DNA of 63,986 bases, the filler included, from Chiloscyllium plagiosum (lineage: Eukaryota): NCBI RefSeq assembly GCF_004010195.1. It is 4 parts of one record of this genome, joined end to end, with 100 filler letters (N's around TTAATTAATTAA, not from the genome) between each part and the next. Parts side by side here need not be neighbours in the genome. Positions count along the whole stretch, not along the records: positions 26,573 to 54,714 come from NC_057710.1; 3 more parts are not named here. One strand, 5' to 3'. A program made the translations under genes and the position numbers. The notes beneath the pieces were generated by a model that saw only the letters and a list, made by a program, of their open reading frames with translations, did no database searches and had not been told where the DNA came from. Shown piece by piece: positions 36,230 to 49,186 of this stretch (its first letter is position 1; every line of letters starts with the position of its first letter).

Positions 36230-37158
36230 GGGTTGTATAGGACATTGGTGTGGCCTCTTCTGGAGTACTGTTCTAGTTGCCCTATTATTGGAAAGGTATT
36301 ATTAAGCTATAGGAGGTTCAGAAAAGGTTTACCAGGATGTTGCCAGGGAAGGAGTGTTTGAGTTATGAGGAGAGGCTGGCTTGGCTGGGGCTTTTTTCAT
36401 TGGAGTATAGGAAGTTGAAGGGTGACCTTATAGAGGTTAATTAAAAAAAAAAACACCATTTCAACTGGGACAACACATCTATCCTGGGACAGGCTAAGCA
36501 AAGACATGCCAGAGAATTCCTAGAGGCCTGGCACTCCAACCACAACGGTATAAACAAACACATAGATCTCGATACCATCTATCAACCCCTCAGGAAACGA
36601 ACAGGAAATGACATCACCACAAACCCCAGGAACCCCACCCAGGAGGAAGATATAAATAGAAAGCAGAAGACAACAGCTTTGCTTCACTTGGAGGTCACCA
36701 CTGATGATGTTACCTAGCGAGATAATGGAACGTCTGGATATCAAACCTACAGCTCAGCGAGCAAACCTACACCCTAAACCTCAACCTGAGCTACAAACCT
36801 TCACAAGCCTTGCAAAAAAAAGTTTATAAATACGTGAGGATATAGATAAGGTCAATGGCAGGTGTCTTTTCCCCAGGGTTGGGGATTTCAAGACCAGAGG
36901 GTAAGAAGAGAAAGATTTTAAAAAGATATGAGTGCTAACCTTTTTGTACAGAGAGTGTGATGTGTGTGAAATGAACTTCCAGAGGAAGTGGTGCATGTGG
37001 ATACAGTTACAACAGATGGAAGACATTTAGATAAGTACATGAGTAAGGAATGTTTGGAGGAATGTGGACCAAGTGGAGGCAGATGGAGTCGGTTTAGTTG
37101 GGAACATGAACTTGTTGGACCAAAGGGTCTGTTTCTGTGCTGTATGACTATGACTGTA
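36230..37158 (+). mobile_element. CR1 3' fragment split by a Penelope-like insertion
   Basis: CR1 gaccttatagaggtt stops at about 36438 and resumes as gtttataaa at about 36822. Confidence 0.8.
36450..36821 (+). mobile_element. Penelope-like element 3' end (GIY-YIG C-terminus plus degenerate hammerhead)
   Basis: Translation HHFNWDNTSILGQAKQRHAREFLEAWHSNHNGINKHIDLDTIYQPL; cca-CTGATGA-tgttacc...ggaacGTC-tgg at about 36698-36737. Confidence 0.85.
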
Positions 37159-37358
37159 TGGCACATTTCTTTTTCAACTTGGAGCTTTGACCAAAAAATG
37201 AAATGGATGGTCTAATAAGGGACACCACTGTGAAAGGCCAGATTTAGCACACGGTTTTTGAATTGGCTATTACGATTCAGGAATGCCTGCAGATACTGAA
37301 ACCAATATGTCTCAGGTGGGAGATTGATAAAGAAGGCAAAGCCACATGGGATCCAGGG

Positions 37359-37955
37359 TATTACAGACCAGCCCAGCCCCTTACTTTGCTAACTGCTTTA
37401 AGCAGGTGTAACGCAGATAGTCCAGGAGAGATGCTGCTGATTAAACCACTTAGTTTTAAACAAAACAGAACTTATTTACAAGATTACCGAATGAAACACA
37501 AACAAAAGAGAACAAAATACTGAATAACTTAACCTGTCCTAACCTAAGAGACTTTCCCAGCTTAATGCTACTGTTCCCAGTACTTGCAACAATCCCCATA
37601 AACACCCCTTGGCACAAAAGGTCAAATCAAACACGGGGTCTTTCAGCAGAGAAGTCAGAGAGAAATTAGTATGGACCTGCTTCTTTGGGGTCCAGCCACT
37701 TCAGGACAATACTGCTAAAAACCAAACCAAACCAGAGAAAAGCTGAGCTGGGAGAACTGGCCACTCCCCTCTCATTATACAAGTGTTCTTTTTAAAATTT
37801 GAAAGCCTTTTTGCCCGAGGCAGTATCTGTCATTTATAATCGTACTGGCCCTAAAACCCTTTCAAGCCCAGACGTTTCGGAGTCTGTGTCTTTTACGACC
37901 TCCTGAAAAAAAGCCAAGTACACCATAACCTTCTTAAAGGAGAAGCATCATCACA
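37359..37955 (-). mobile_element. Solo LTR (about 597 bp), probably Gypsy-type
   Basis: 4-bp TSD AGGG (37355-37358 and 37956-37959) splits a CR1 RT fragment; termini tattaca...tcaca. Orientation tentative. Confidence 0.75.
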
Positions 37956-39170
37956 AGGGTAACTTGGTAAATTGGATCCAAAATTGAATGAGCGGCAGCA
38001 GACAGTGGGTGGTAGTAAAAGGCTGTTTGTGTAAATGGAAACCTGAGTGTAGTGATGTACCACAGGGATTAGTGCAGGTCCCCTGATTGGTCATGAGATA
38101 TGTAAACGAATAGAAGAAAATGTGAACAATGATGAGTAAATTTGAAGATGACATGAAGCTTGACTGAGTGGTTGACAATGACGAAGATCCTACAGGATGA
38201 TATAGAGGATTGGTCAGATGGGCAGATTAGTGGCAGATATAATTTAAACCTGGTAAGTGTGAGGTGATGCACTTTGGAAGAAGTAACAAGAAATAAGAAG
38301 GGAGTACTCAATAAATGGCAGGACACCAGGCAGCTCAGGGGAACAGAGGGATCTTGGGTGCATGTCCTCAGATCCACGTGTCCACAGTGAGGGGGGGGGA
38401 GGTGGCTCAGTGGTTAGCACTGCCGCCTCACAGCACCAGGGACCCGGGTTCAATTCCTGCCTTGGGCAACTGTCTGTGTGGAGTTTGCACATTCTCCCTG
38501 TATCTGCGTGGGTTCCCTCCGGGCACTCCGGTTTCCTCCCACAGTCCAAAAGATGTGCAGGTTAGGTAAATTGGCCATGCTAAATTGCCCGTAGTGTTAG
38601 GCGGATTAGTCAGGGGTAAATGTAAGGGAATGGGTCTGGGTGGGTTGCTCGTCGGAGGGTCGGTGTGGAGTTGTTGGGCCGAAGGGCCTGTTTCTGCACT
38701 GTAGGGAATCTAATCTAATCTAATCCCTGAAAGCAGAAGGATGGGTTAGTAGGGTAGTTCAGAAGGCATACTGGATACTTGCCTTTCTCAACTAGTGCAT
38801 GGATTATAAGATGTATAAAATTATAAGGGGCATGGCTAGGATGGACAAGAACAAACTTTTCCCCTCAGTGGACGGACCAATGCCCTGTGGGCAGAGATTC
38901 AAAGTAATTCAAGGTTTGGAGGAGATGTGAGGTAAAACATTTTCACCCAGAGGATGGTGGGAATTTAGAACCCAATACCTGTCAGGATGGTTGAGACAGG
39001 AACCCTAACATTGAAGAAGTATTTCAATTATCAACAGTTGTAGACTTGTCAACTTTAAGGGCATTTAAATGATCATTGGGTAGGCATATGGAAGGGAATT
39101 TGGTTTCGCAGGGCAGCACAATACTGAGGGCCAAAGGGCCTGTACTGCGCTGTAATGTGCTATGTTCTAA
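37956..39170 (+). mobile_element. Decayed CR1 RT/3' fragment with a nested HE1/V-SINE (about 38400-38723)
   Basis: SKFEDDMKL motif; SINE ggtggctcagtggttagcactgccgcctcacagc...ctaatctaatctaat. Confidence 0.85.
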
Positions 39171-39604
39171 TCACTTGAGATGCGAAGGTATACTAGTCTG
39201 TGGGCCAAGTGCATGTCCAGGAGGATAGGATTAGAATAGGTAGAGGGTGATTTATGACTGGCACCGATGCGAGGTGTGGAAGGGCCCTTTTCAGAACGGG
39301 GCCATCTCGATGAGTCTGCTTCTATAAAGTATAGTGCAAATCTGGAATTCCCTCCCACAATGTTTCCCCCTCTCGAAACCCCAGGATATGTACTGTAGAG
39401 GCTGGGATTGAACTGATTTACTAACTGTTATTAACACCAAGGCATGCTGGAACTCCTTGGAGGGAGGAGGGGACCTGGACAGGAGGGAGCAAGAATTGAG
39501 GGAAGTGAGGAGGTTGCCTCCCGGGTCAACAGGGAAGGAGGCAGACTCAATGGGCTGAAGGGCCAATTTCTAAATTTGTATTTTTTTTTTAACCTATTTT
39601 TCCA

Positions 39605-39970
39605 AACAACCTCTTCATCCTTAATAATGGACTTTAAAATCTTAACAATGGCCAAGCTCAGGCTAACCGGCCCATAATTTCCTGTCTTCTGCCTCCCTCC
39701 TTTTCTAAACAGGGCTGTCACATTGGCCATTTTCCAGTCCTCTGAGATCCTCCCTGACTCCAGTGATTCCTGAAAGATCGCCACTAATGCCTTCAGGATC
39801 TCCTCAGCCAGATCCTTCAGAAACGTGGGGTGTAGTCCATCTTGTCCGGGTGATTTTATCCACCTTCAGGCCTTTCAGCTTCCCCAGTACCTTCTCCTTA
39901 ATGATGGCCACTACTCTCACCTCTGTCCCCTGACATTCTTTAAGTTGTGGTATGCTCCTGGTGTCTTCAC
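39605..39970 (-). mobile_element. CR1 RT fragment
   Basis: AIFQESLESGRISEDWKMANVTALFRKGGRQKTGNYGPVSL. Confidence 0.85.
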
Positions 39971-40370
39971 CTGAGACTGAACAACTACTCCTGATCCCTA
40001 ACTACACAAAGGTATCCTCACTCCTTAACTCCAAATGCTTTCCTCTACATGAGCCCCACATGATCCATTCCTGCCTCATTTCCTAGACAATGCATCCAAG
40101 ATGGTCAACTAGCCCCTACGCTTGTCCTGCTCCATTTATTAATCATCAATTTCCTCTGCCCTCCAATTTAGCACAGACTTGCTTTTTCCATTGTTCATGT
40201 AACCCATTCCCTTTATCTTCCCTGCACATATTAAATCTTGCTGAAAAATCTTGGAACAATGACTCTGCTCCTGTCACAGCAGGTCAAGCAAGAACTGCTG
40301 AGTGTTTCTATTTTTAGTTCAGGTTTGCAGTCTCAGCAAAATTATTTTAGCTTTTCTGGTCTTGTTGCAG

Positions 40371-40455
40371 TGACATCATGGATAGCCTCCATGACCATAA
40401 GGCAAACAGAAGGGTCTCTTTGCTCCTTGGTGCACAGCAACCTCTATTAGGAACA
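40371..40455 (+). CDS. Candidate coding exon (DIMDSLHDHKANRRVSLLLGAQQPLLGT); product unrecognised
   Basis: Acceptor cttttctggtcttgttgcag|, ATG in strong Kozak context (acATCATGG, ATG at 40378), donor ACA|GTGAGG; no homology recognised. Confidence 0.3.
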
Positions 40456-41467
40456 GTGAGGCTTTAGTTAACATGCTCCGATCACAATGACAGTGACCGC
40501 CAACACACCTTGTCGAGGATTGCATTTTCCTTGCACAACTGGTCCCAAGACACTAATTGGAAATCCAGGCGTGGATTTTGCATTCCAAAATTCTCTAAAA
40601 CATGAATGATCATGCATTCAAAACAATTATGAAGAAACTAAGTGATTGATGTCATTGTTTGACTATACTTTAACCTATTATCTTTGTGGAAGCTAGACAA
40701 TTTCTGCAAGTCCTGCTTTAATTGTTTAGACCACTTGAATTCCTCAGTTACTGAATGTTTTGCATACTAATTCTCAGCAATGTCCTGAACTCCCAGCCTC
40801 AGCACAACTCGGATACCCGTCTTCAGTGCGGACAGGGACTCCCAGACTCAGCGCAGACCTGGCAGGAAGGGCTTTTGACCAAAAAGACGATTTTCCTGCT
40901 CCTCGGATGCTGCCTGACCTGTTGTACTTTTCCAGCACCACTCTAAACTTGACACAGACCTGGCATGGCACTCTCTCAATATGGCATGGTGATCTCCCGC
41001 CCTGTCATCACAGTCTCTTGGCAGACTGGCGTGGTGGTCTCTCAGCCTGGTATAATGGTTTCTCAGCCTGGTATGTTGGTCTCTCGGTGTCTCGGTATAT
41101 GATGGTTTATTGGTCTGGCATGGAGGTCTCTCGGCCTGGCATGGTGATCTCTCAGCCTGGCATGTTGGTCTCTCGGCATAGCATGGTGGTCTTTCGGCCT
41201 GGTGTGGTGGTCTCTCAGTCTGGCATGTTGGTCTCTCGGCCTGGCGTGATGGTCTCACGGCCTAGCGTGATGATCTCACGGCCTAGCATGGTGATCTCTT
41301 GGCCTGGCATAGTCATCTCTCGGTCTGGCATGGCAGTCTCTCAGCCTGGCGTAGCAGTCTCTTGGGCTGGCGTGATGGTCTCTCGGCCTGGCATGGTGGA
41401 CTCTCGGCCTGGCATGATGGTCTCTTGATGTGGCATGGCAGTCTCTCAGCCTGGCATGATGGTCTCT
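40425..41467 (+). repeat. About 1-kb duplication, copy A (copy B at 49187-50231)
   Basis: Nearly identical; I see only a handful of substitutions (e.g. ttggtgc/tcgatgc, tccgatc/tccgaac, gttttgcata/gtgttgcatg). Confidence 0.95.
41020..41467. repeat. 21-bp minisatellite (ctctcagcctggcatggtggt)
   Basis: Tandem degenerate units; also at about 49785-50330. Confidence 0.92.
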
Positions 41468-41997
41468 NNNNNNNNNNNNNNNNNNNNNNNNNNNNNNNNN
41501 NNNNNNNNNNNNNNNNNNNNNNNNNNNNNNNNNNNNNNNNNNNNNNNNNNNNNNNNNNNNNNNNNNNNNNNNNNNNNNNNNNNNNNNNNNNNNNNNNNNN
41601 NNNNNNNNNNNNNNNNNNNNNNNNNNNNNNNNNNNNNNNNNNNNNNNNNNNNNNNNNNNNNNNNNNNNNNNNNNNNNNNNNNNNNNNNNNNNNNNNNNNN
41701 NNNNNNNNNNNNNNNNNNNNNNNNNNNNNNNNNNNNNNNNNNNNNNNNNNNNNNNNNNNNNNNNNNNNNNNNNNNNNNNNNNNNNNNNNNNNNNNNNNNN
41801 NNNNNNNNNNNNNNNNNNNNNNNNNNNNNNNNNNNNNNNNNNNNNNNNNNNNNNNNNNNNNNNNNNNNNNNNNNNNNNNNNNNNNNNNNNNNNNNNNNNN
41901 NNNNNNNNNNNNNNNNNNNNNNNNNNNNNNNNNNNNNNNNNNNNNNNNNNNNNNNNNNNNNNNNNNNNNNNNNNNNNNNNNNNNNNNNNNNNNNNNN

Positions 41998-44900
41998 GAT
42001 CACAGGAGGACTGAGTCACAGGAGGACTGGATTACAGGAGGACTGAATCACAGGAGGACTGGATTACAGGAGGACTGGATCACAGGAGGACGAGGTCACA
42101 GGAGTACTGGATTACAGGAGGACTGAATCACAGGAGGACTGGATTACAGGAGGACTGGATCACAGGAGGACTAGGTAACAGGAGGACTGGATCACAGGAG
42201 GACTGGATTGTAGGAGGACTGGGTCACAGGAGGACTGGATCACAGGAGGACTGGATCACAGGAGGACTGGATCACAGGGGGACTGGATCGTAGGAGGACT
42301 GGGTCACCGGGGAACTGGATCACAGGAGGACTGGATCACAGGAGGACTGGATCACAGGAGGACTGGATCACAGGAGGACTAGGTCACAGGAGGACTGGAT
42401 CGTAGGAGGACTGGGTCACCGGGGAACTGGATCACAGGAGGACTGGATCACAGGAGGACTGGATCACAGGAGGACTGGACCACAGGAGTACTGAGTCACA
42501 GGAGGACTGGATCACAGGAGGACTGAATCACAGGAGGACTGGATCACAGAAGGACTGGATCACAGGAGGACTGGACCACAGGAGGACTGAATCACAGGAG
42601 GACTGGATTACAGGAGGACTGGATCACAGGAGGACTGAATCACAGGAGGACTGGATTACAGGAGGACTGGATCACAGGAGGACTGAATCACAGGAGGACT
42701 GGATTACAGGAGGACTGGATCACAGGAGGACTGAATCACAGGAGGACTGGATTACAGGAGGACTGGATCACAGGAGGACTGAATCACAGGAGGACTGGAT
42801 TACAGGAGGACTGGATCACAGGAGGACTGAATCACAGGAGGACTGGATTACAGGAGGACTGGATCACAGGAGGACTGAATCACAGGAGGACTGGATTACA
42901 GGAGGACTGGATCACAGGAGGACTGAATCACAGGAGGACTGGATTACAGGAGGACTGGATCACAGGAGGACTGAATCACAGGAGGACTGGATTACAGGAG
43001 GACTGGATCACAGGAGGACTGAATCACAGGAGAACTGGATCACAGGAGGACTGGATCACAGGAGGACTGAGTCACAGGAGGACTAGGTCACAGGAGGACT
43101 GGATCACAGGAGGACTGAATCACAGGAGGACTGGATCACAGAAGGACTGGATCACAGGAGGACTGGACCACAGGAGTACTGAGTCACAGGAGGACTGGAT
43201 CACAGGAGGACTGAATCACAGGAGGACTGGATCACAGAAGGACTGGATCACAGGAGGACTGGACCACAGGAGTACTGAGTCACAGGAGGACTGGATCACA
43301 GGAGGACTGAATCACAGGAGGACTGGATCACAGAAGGACTGGATCACAGGAGGACTGGACCACAGGAGTACTGAGTCACAGGAGGACTGGATCACAGGAG
43401 GACTGAATCACAGGAGGACTGGATCACAGGAGGACTGAATCACAGGAGGACTGGATCACAGGAGGACTGAATCACAGGAGGACTGGATCACAGGAGGACT
43501 GGACCACAGGAGTACTGAGTCACAGGAGGACTGGATCACAGGAGGACTGGACCACAGGAGTACTGAGTCACAGGAGGACTGGATCACAGGAGGACTGGAC
43601 CACAGGAGTACTGAGTCACAGGAGGACTGGATCACAGGAGGACTGGACCACAGGAGTACTGAGTCACAGGAGGACTGGATCACAGGAGGACTGGACCACA
43701 GGAGTACTGAGTCACAGGAGGACTGGATCACAGGAGGACTGGACCACAGGAGTACTGAGTCACAGGAGGACTGGATCACAGGAGGACTGGACCACAGGAG
43801 TACTGAGTCACAGGAGGACTGGATCACAGGAGGACTGGACCACAGGAGTACTGAGTCACAGGAGGACTGGATCACAGGAGGACTGGACCACAGGAGTACT
43901 GAGTCACAGGAGGACTGGATCACAGGAGGACTGGACCACAGGAGTACTGAGTCACAGGAGGACTGGATCACAGGAGGACTGGACCACAGGAGTACTGAGT
44001 CACAGGAGGACTGGATCACAGGAGGACTGGACCACAGGAGTACTGAGTCACAGGAGGACTGGATCACAGGAGGACTGGACCACAGGAGTACTGAGTCACA
44101 GGAGGACTGGATCACAGGAGGACTGGACCACAGGAGTACTGAGTCACAGGAGGACTGGATCACAGGAGGACTGGACCACAGGAGTACTGAGTCACAGGAG
44201 GACTGGATCACAGGAGGACTGGACCACAGGAGTACTGAGTCACAGGAGGACTGGATCACAGGAGGACTGGACCACAGGAGTACTGAGTCACAGGAGGACT
44301 GGATCACAGGAGGACTGGACCACAGGAGTACTGAGTCACAGGAGGACTGGATCACAGGAGGACTGGACCACAGGAGTACTGAGTCACAGGAGGACTGGAT
44401 CACAGGAGGACTGGACCACAGGAGTACTGAGTCACAGGAGGACTGGATCACAGGAGGACTGGACCACAGGAGTACTGAGTCACAGGAGGACTGGATCACA
44501 GGAGGACTGGACCACAGGAGTACTGAGTCACAGGAGGACTGGATCACAGGAGGACTGGACCACAGGAGTACTGAGTCACAGGAGGACTGGATCACAGGAG
44601 GACTGGACCACAGGAGTACTGAGTCACAGGAGGACTGGATCACAGGAGGACTGGACCACAGGAGTACTGAGTCACAGGAGGACTGGATCACAGGAGGACT
44701 GGACCACAGGAGTACTGAGTCACAGGAGGACTGGATCACAGGAGGACTGGACCACAGGAGTACTGAGTCACAGGAGGACTGGATCACAGGAGGACTGGAC
44801 CACAGGAGTACTGAGTCACAGGAGGACTGGATCACAGGAGGACTGGACCACAGGAGTACTGAGTCACAGGAGGACTGGATCACAGGAGGACTGGACCACA

Positions 44901-47900
44901 GGAGTACTGAGTCACAGGAGGACTGGATCACAGGAGGACTGGACCACAGGAGTACTGAGTCACAGGAGGACTGGATCACAGGAGGACTGGACCACAGGAG
45001 TACTGAGTCACAGGAGGACTGGATCACAGGAGGACTGGACCACAGGAGTACTGAGTCACAGGAGGACTGGATCACAGGAGGACTGGACCACAGGAGTACT
45101 GAGTCACAGGAGGACTGGATCACAGGAGGACTGGACCACAGGAGTACTGAGTCACAGGAGGACTGGATCACAGGAGGACTGGACCACAGGAGTACTGAGT
45201 CACAGGAGGACTGGATCACAGGAGGACTGGACCACAGGAGTACTGAGTCACAGGAGGACTGGATCACAGGAGGACTGGACCACAGGAGTACTGAGTCACA
45301 GGAGGACTGGATCACAGGAGGACTGGACCACAGGAGTACTGAGTCACAGGAGGACTGGATCACAGGAGGACTGGACCACAGGAGTACTGAGTCACAGGAG
45401 GACTGGATCACAGGAGGACTGGACCACAGGAGTACTGAGTCACAGGAGGACTGGATCACAGGAGGACTGGACCACAGGAGTACTGAGTCACAGGAGGACT
45501 GGATCACAGGAGGACTGGACCACAGGAGTACTGAGTCACAGGAGGACTGGATCACAGGAGGACTGGACCACAGGAGTACTGAGTCACAGGAGGACTGGAT
45601 CACAGGAGGACTGGACCACAGGAGTACTGAGTCACAGGAGGACTGGATCACAGGAGGACTGGACCACAGGAGTACTGAGTCACAGGAGGACTGGATCACA
45701 GGAGGACTGGACCACAGGAGTACTGAGTCACAGGAGGACTGGATCACAGGAGGACTGGACCACAGGAGTACTGAGTCACAGGAGGACTGGATCACAGGAG
45801 GACTGGACCACAGGAGTACTGAGTCACAGGAGGACTGGATCACAGGAGGACTGGACCACAGGAGTACTGAGTCACAGGAGGACTGGATCACAGGAGGACT
45901 GGACCACAGGAGTACTGAGTCACAGGAGGACTGGATCACAGGAGGACTGGACCACAGGAGTACTGAGTCACAGGAGGACTGGATCACAGGAGGACTGGAC
46001 CACAGGAGTACTGAGTCACAGGAGGACTGGATCACAGGAGGACTGGACCACAGGAGTACTGAGTCACAGGAGGACTGGATCACAGGAGGACTGGACCACA
46101 GGAGTACTGAGTCACAGGAGGACTGGATCACAGGAGGACTGGACCACAGGAGTACTGAGTCACAGGAGGACTGGATCACAGGAGGACTGGACCACAGGAG
46201 TACTGAGTCACAGGAGGACTGGATCACAGGAGGACTGGACCACAGGAGTACTGAGTCACAGGAGGACTGGATCACAGGAGGACTGGACCACAGGAGTACT
46301 GAGTCACAGGAGGACTGGATCACAGGAGGACTGGACCACAGGAGTACTGAGTCACAGGAGGACTGGATCACAGGAGGACTGGACCACAGGAGTACTGAGT
46401 CACAGGAGGACTGGATCACAGGAGGACTGGACCACAGGAGTACTGAGTCACAGGAGGACTGGATCACAGGAGGACTGGACCACAGGAGTACTGAGTCACA
46501 GGAGGACTGGATCACAGGAGGACTGGACCACAGGAGTACTGAGTCACAGGAGGACTGGATCACAGGAGGACTGGACCACAGGAGTACTGAGTCACAGGAG
46601 GACTGGATCACAGGAGGACTGGACCACAGGAGTACTGAGTCACAGGAGGACTGGATCACAGGAGGACTGGACCACAGGAGTACTGAGTCACAGGAGGACT
46701 GGATCACAGGAGGACTGGACCACAGGAGTACTGAGTCACAGGAGGACTGGATCACAGGAGGACTGGACCACAGGAGTACTGAGTCACAGGAGGACTGGAT
46801 CACAGGAGGACTGGACCACAGGAGTACTGAGTCACAGGAGGACTGGATCACAGGAGGACTGGACCACAGGAGTACTGAGTCACAGGAGGACTGGATCACA
46901 GGAGGACTGGACCACAGGAGTACTGAGTCACAGGAGGACTGGATCACAGGAGGACTGGACCACAGGAGTACTGAGTCACAGGAGGACTGGATCACAGGAG
47001 GACTGGACCACAGGAGTACTGAGTCACAGGAGGACTGGATCACAGGAGGACTGGACCACAGGAGTACTGAGTCACAGGAGGACTGGATCACAGGAGGACT
47101 GGACCACAGGAGTACTGAGTCACAGGAGGACTGGATCACAGGAGGACTGGACCACAGGAGTACTGAGTCACAGGAGGACTGGATCACAGGAGGACTGGAC
47201 CACAGGAGTACTGAGTCACAGGAGGACTGGATCACAGGAGGACTGGACCACAGGAGTACTGAGTCACAGGAGGACTGGATCACAGGAGGACTGGACCACA
47301 GGAGTACTGAGTCACAGGAGGACTGGATCACAGGAGGACTGGACCACAGGAGTACTGAGTCACAGGAGGACTGGATCACAGGAGGACTGGACCACAGGAG
47401 TACTGAGTCACAGGAGGACTGGATCACAGGAGGACTGGACCACAGGAGTACTGAGTCACAGGAGGACTGGATCACAGGAGGACTGGACCACAGGAGTACT
47501 GAGTCACAGGAGGACTGGATCACAGGAGGACTGGACCACAGGAGTACTGAGTCACAGGAGGACTGGATCACAGGAGGACTGGACCACAGGAGTACTGAGT
47601 CACAGGAGGACTGGATCACAGGAGGACTGGACCACAGGAGTACTGAGTCACAGGAGGACTGGATCACAGGAGGACTGGACCACAGGAGTACTGAGTCACA
47701 GGAGGACTGGATCACAGGAGGACTGGACCACAGGAGTACTGAGTCACAGGAGGACTGGATCACAGGAGGACTGGACCACAGGAGTACTGAGTCACAGGAG
47801 GACTGGATCACAGGAGGACTGGACCACAGGAGTACTGAGTCACAGGAGGACTGGATCACAGGAGGACTGGACCACAGGAGTACTGAGTCACAGGAGGACT

Positions 47901-49186
47901 GGATCACAGGAGGACTGGACCACAGGAGTACTGAGTCACAGGAGGACTGGATCACAGGAGGACTGGACCACAGGAGTACTGAGTCACAGGAGGACTGGAT
48001 CACAGGAGGACTGGACCACAGGAGTACTGAGTCACAGGAGGACTGGATCACAGGAGGACTGGACCACAGGAGTACTGAGTCACAGGAGGACTGGATCACA
48101 GGAGGACTGGACCACAGGAGTACTGAGTCACAGGAGGACTGGATCACAGGAGGACTGGACCACAGGAGTACTGAGTCACAGGAGGACTGGATCACAGGAG
48201 GACTGGACCACAGGAGTACTGAGTCACAGGAGGACTGGATCACAGGAGGACTGGACCACAGGAGTACTGAGTCACAGGAGGACTGGATCACAGGAGGACT
48301 GGACCACAGGAGTACTGAGTCACAGGAGGACTGGATCACAGGAGGACTGGACCACAGGAGTACTGAGTCACAGGAGGACTGGATCACAGGAGGACTGGAC
48401 CACAGGAGTACTGAGTCACAGGAGGACTGGATCACAGGAGGACTGGACCACAGGAGTACTGAGTCACAGGAGGACTGGATCACAGGAGGACTGGACCACA
48501 GGAGTACTGAGTCACAGGAGGACTGGATCACAGGAGGACTGGACCACAGGAGTACTGAGTCACAGGAGGACTGGATCACAGGAGGACTGGACCACAGGAG
48601 TACTGAGTCACAGGAGGACTGGATCACAGGAGGACTGGACCACAGGAGTACTGAGTCACAGGAGGACTGGATCACAGGAGGACTGGACCACAGGAGTACT
48701 GAGTCACAGGAGGACTGGATCACAGGAGGACTGGACCACAGGAGTACTGAGTCACAGGAGGACTGGATCACAGGAGGACTGGACCACAGGAGTACTGAGT
48801 CACAGGAGGACTGGATCACAGGAGGACTGGACCACAGGAGTACTGAGTCACAGGAGGACTGGATCACAGGAGGACTGGACCACAGGAGTACTGAGTCACA
48901 GGAGGACTGGATCACAGGAGGACTGGACCACAGGAGTACTGAGTCACAGGAGGACTGGATCACAGGAGGACTGGACCACAGGAGTACTGAGTCACAGGAG
49001 GACTGGATCACAGGAGGACTGGACCACAGGAGTACTGAGTCACAGGAGGACTGGATCACAGGAGGACTGGACCACAGGAGTACTGAGTCACAGGAGGACT
49101 GGATCACAGGAGGACTGGACCACAGGAGTACTGAGTCACAGGAGGACTGGATCACAGGAGGACTGGACCACAGGAGTACTGAGTCA
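41998..49186 (+). repeat. 16-bp satellite array 3, including about 119 identical 48-bp higher-order units (about 43470-49186)
   Basis: Unit ggaggactggatcaca-ggaggactggaccaca-ggagtactgagtcaca; earlier 48-bp and 80-bp higher-order blocks at 42580-43400. Confidence 0.98.

Noticed and set aside
38400..38465. tRNA genes at SINE heads
   Set aside because: The A/B boxes continue into V-SINE bodies and CR1-type tails; no complete cloverleaf.
40760..41428. 222-aa ORF with VSRPGMV repeats (and its copy at 49521-50192)
   Set aside because: Made of a Penelope-derived fragment plus a 21-bp minisatellite; open only because the unit length is a multiple of three.
43456..49155. 1899-aa ORF of repeating IQSSCDSVLLWSSPPV
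   Set aside because: It is the stop-free frame of a perfect 48-bp tandem repeat; no real ATG, no unique domain and no synonymous variation.
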